Positions 63,265 through 64,000 of a stretch of DNA of 64,000 nt are shown here, piece by piece. Position numbers and translations under genes: made by a program. The notes under the pieces were generated by a model. The model saw only the letters and a program-made list of their open reading frames with translations, did not search any database and had not been told where the DNA came from. Each line of letters opens with the position of its first letter. Position 1 is the stretch's first letter. Origin of the DNA: Escherichia phage IME178; sequence record NC_104190.1; one strand, 5' to 3'.

Positions 63265-63728
63265 GTAATTTCTGGAAATGTGTTTTCAAAAAATGTCTCC
63301 TAGAAATAACCGCCCTCCCTATAACCGCCCTGTATTAAACCGCCTAGTATATGTTCCTAGAAACTTAGGAGAACCGCCCACTAGAAGTGTGATATCTCGT
63401 GAGAACTCTGGAGTTTCTAGGAAAGTGTTGTGCCATCCTAGCAGATGAGCGGCAACAGGTGTATCATCTTGAACACAGATATTGCCTTTAAATATTATAA
63501 AATAAATTAAAAGTAAAGTAGCCCCCATTACATGTGTGCTTACTCGTGGGGCGCGTGATTAATTACGTAAGTCCTCGACTGTCATACCTCTGTTGCTCGG
63601 TCGCAAAGAGTTAACGAAGTCTCGTGTAATAATCATCGCCCCTAGAGTTCAAAACAAGAGTTGTTTTTAATCTATGTGATTATTATAACATGTGCCGCAA
63701 TGAGTTGTCAAGAAGATTTTGTTAACGT

Positions 63729-64000
63729 TTATACATCCCCTTCGAGATTGGTATTGGGATCGTAAATCTTCTTGGCTCCTGTATTTAATAGGAATCGCTC
63801 TGCAAGTTGTGGGTGAATATCAAAGAACTCTGTGCATCCTTCGAATCCCTTTAAATTACAGCGGTATTTCTTAAAGTAGATATGAGCAGCGGCTTCTAGA
63901 TCTCTAGGATTATGGGTTTCATAGATCCCATACACGTATAAATCATCAAAACCACGATAGACTATCTTATCTAAGTTTAGTGTTTGAATCCTATTATGTG
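63729..64000 (-). CDS. hypothetical protein (5' end beyond window)
   Basis: Minus-strand frame is open from the window edge to stop at 63729; track ORF 63729..63935. Confidence 0.4.
   Translation of the reverse strand, partial: HNRIQTLNLDKIVYRGFDDLYVYGIYETHNPRDLEAAAHIYFKKYRCNLKGFEGCTEFFDIHPQLAERFLLNTGAKKIYDPNTNLEGDV

Noticed and set aside
62600-63300. Possible CRISPR array suggested by repeated GTGC(A/G)AATCCGAC motifs
   Set aside because: Repeats are only 14 bp, irregularly spaced (about 26-380 bp), with no uniform spacers, leader or cas genes; more consistent with protein-binding iterons.

Overview
This window reads as a contiguous piece of a T5-like siphovirus genome (Tequintavirus-like; inferred from gene content, order and protein lengths, no database search was possible). 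Three blocks: (1) 1-23.6 kb, plus strand, early replication and recombination genes: Sir2-like C-terminus, HAD-like phosphatase, AEP-primase/P-loop fusion, split NAD-dependent ligase, D5-like DNA-binding protein, DnaB-like helicase, DnaG-like primase, family A DNA polymerase, SF2 helicase, SSB-like protein, SbcCD-like nuclease, Hjc-like resolvase, flap endonuclease, dUTPase. These are driven by a repeated sigma70-type promoter family. (2) 23.6-51 kb, minus strand, late structural genes: two L-shaped tail-fiber proteins, collar, pb4/pb3/pb9-like tip proteins, 1226-aa tape measure, chaperones, pb6-like tube, capsid, protease, decoration, portal, HNH, large terminase, and a pb5-like receptor-binding protein divergent from an Llp-like lipoprotein. 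(3) 51.4-63.7 kb, a GC-richer pre-early block (dmp-, A1-, A2-like genes) bounded and interrupted by DnaA-box clusters, palindromes and direct-repeat arrays, most plausibly the terminal-repeat / first-step-transfer region. No tRNA, CRISPR array or transposase was found. Several conserved genes are interrupted by single-base frame breaks, which most likely reflect indel errors in the sequence. No clearly novel multi-gene system could be demonstrated from sequence alone; the strongest candidates for follow-up are the repeat-rich pre-early boundary regions, the small membrane-protein cluster, the Sir2-HAD module and the A2-like paralogue.
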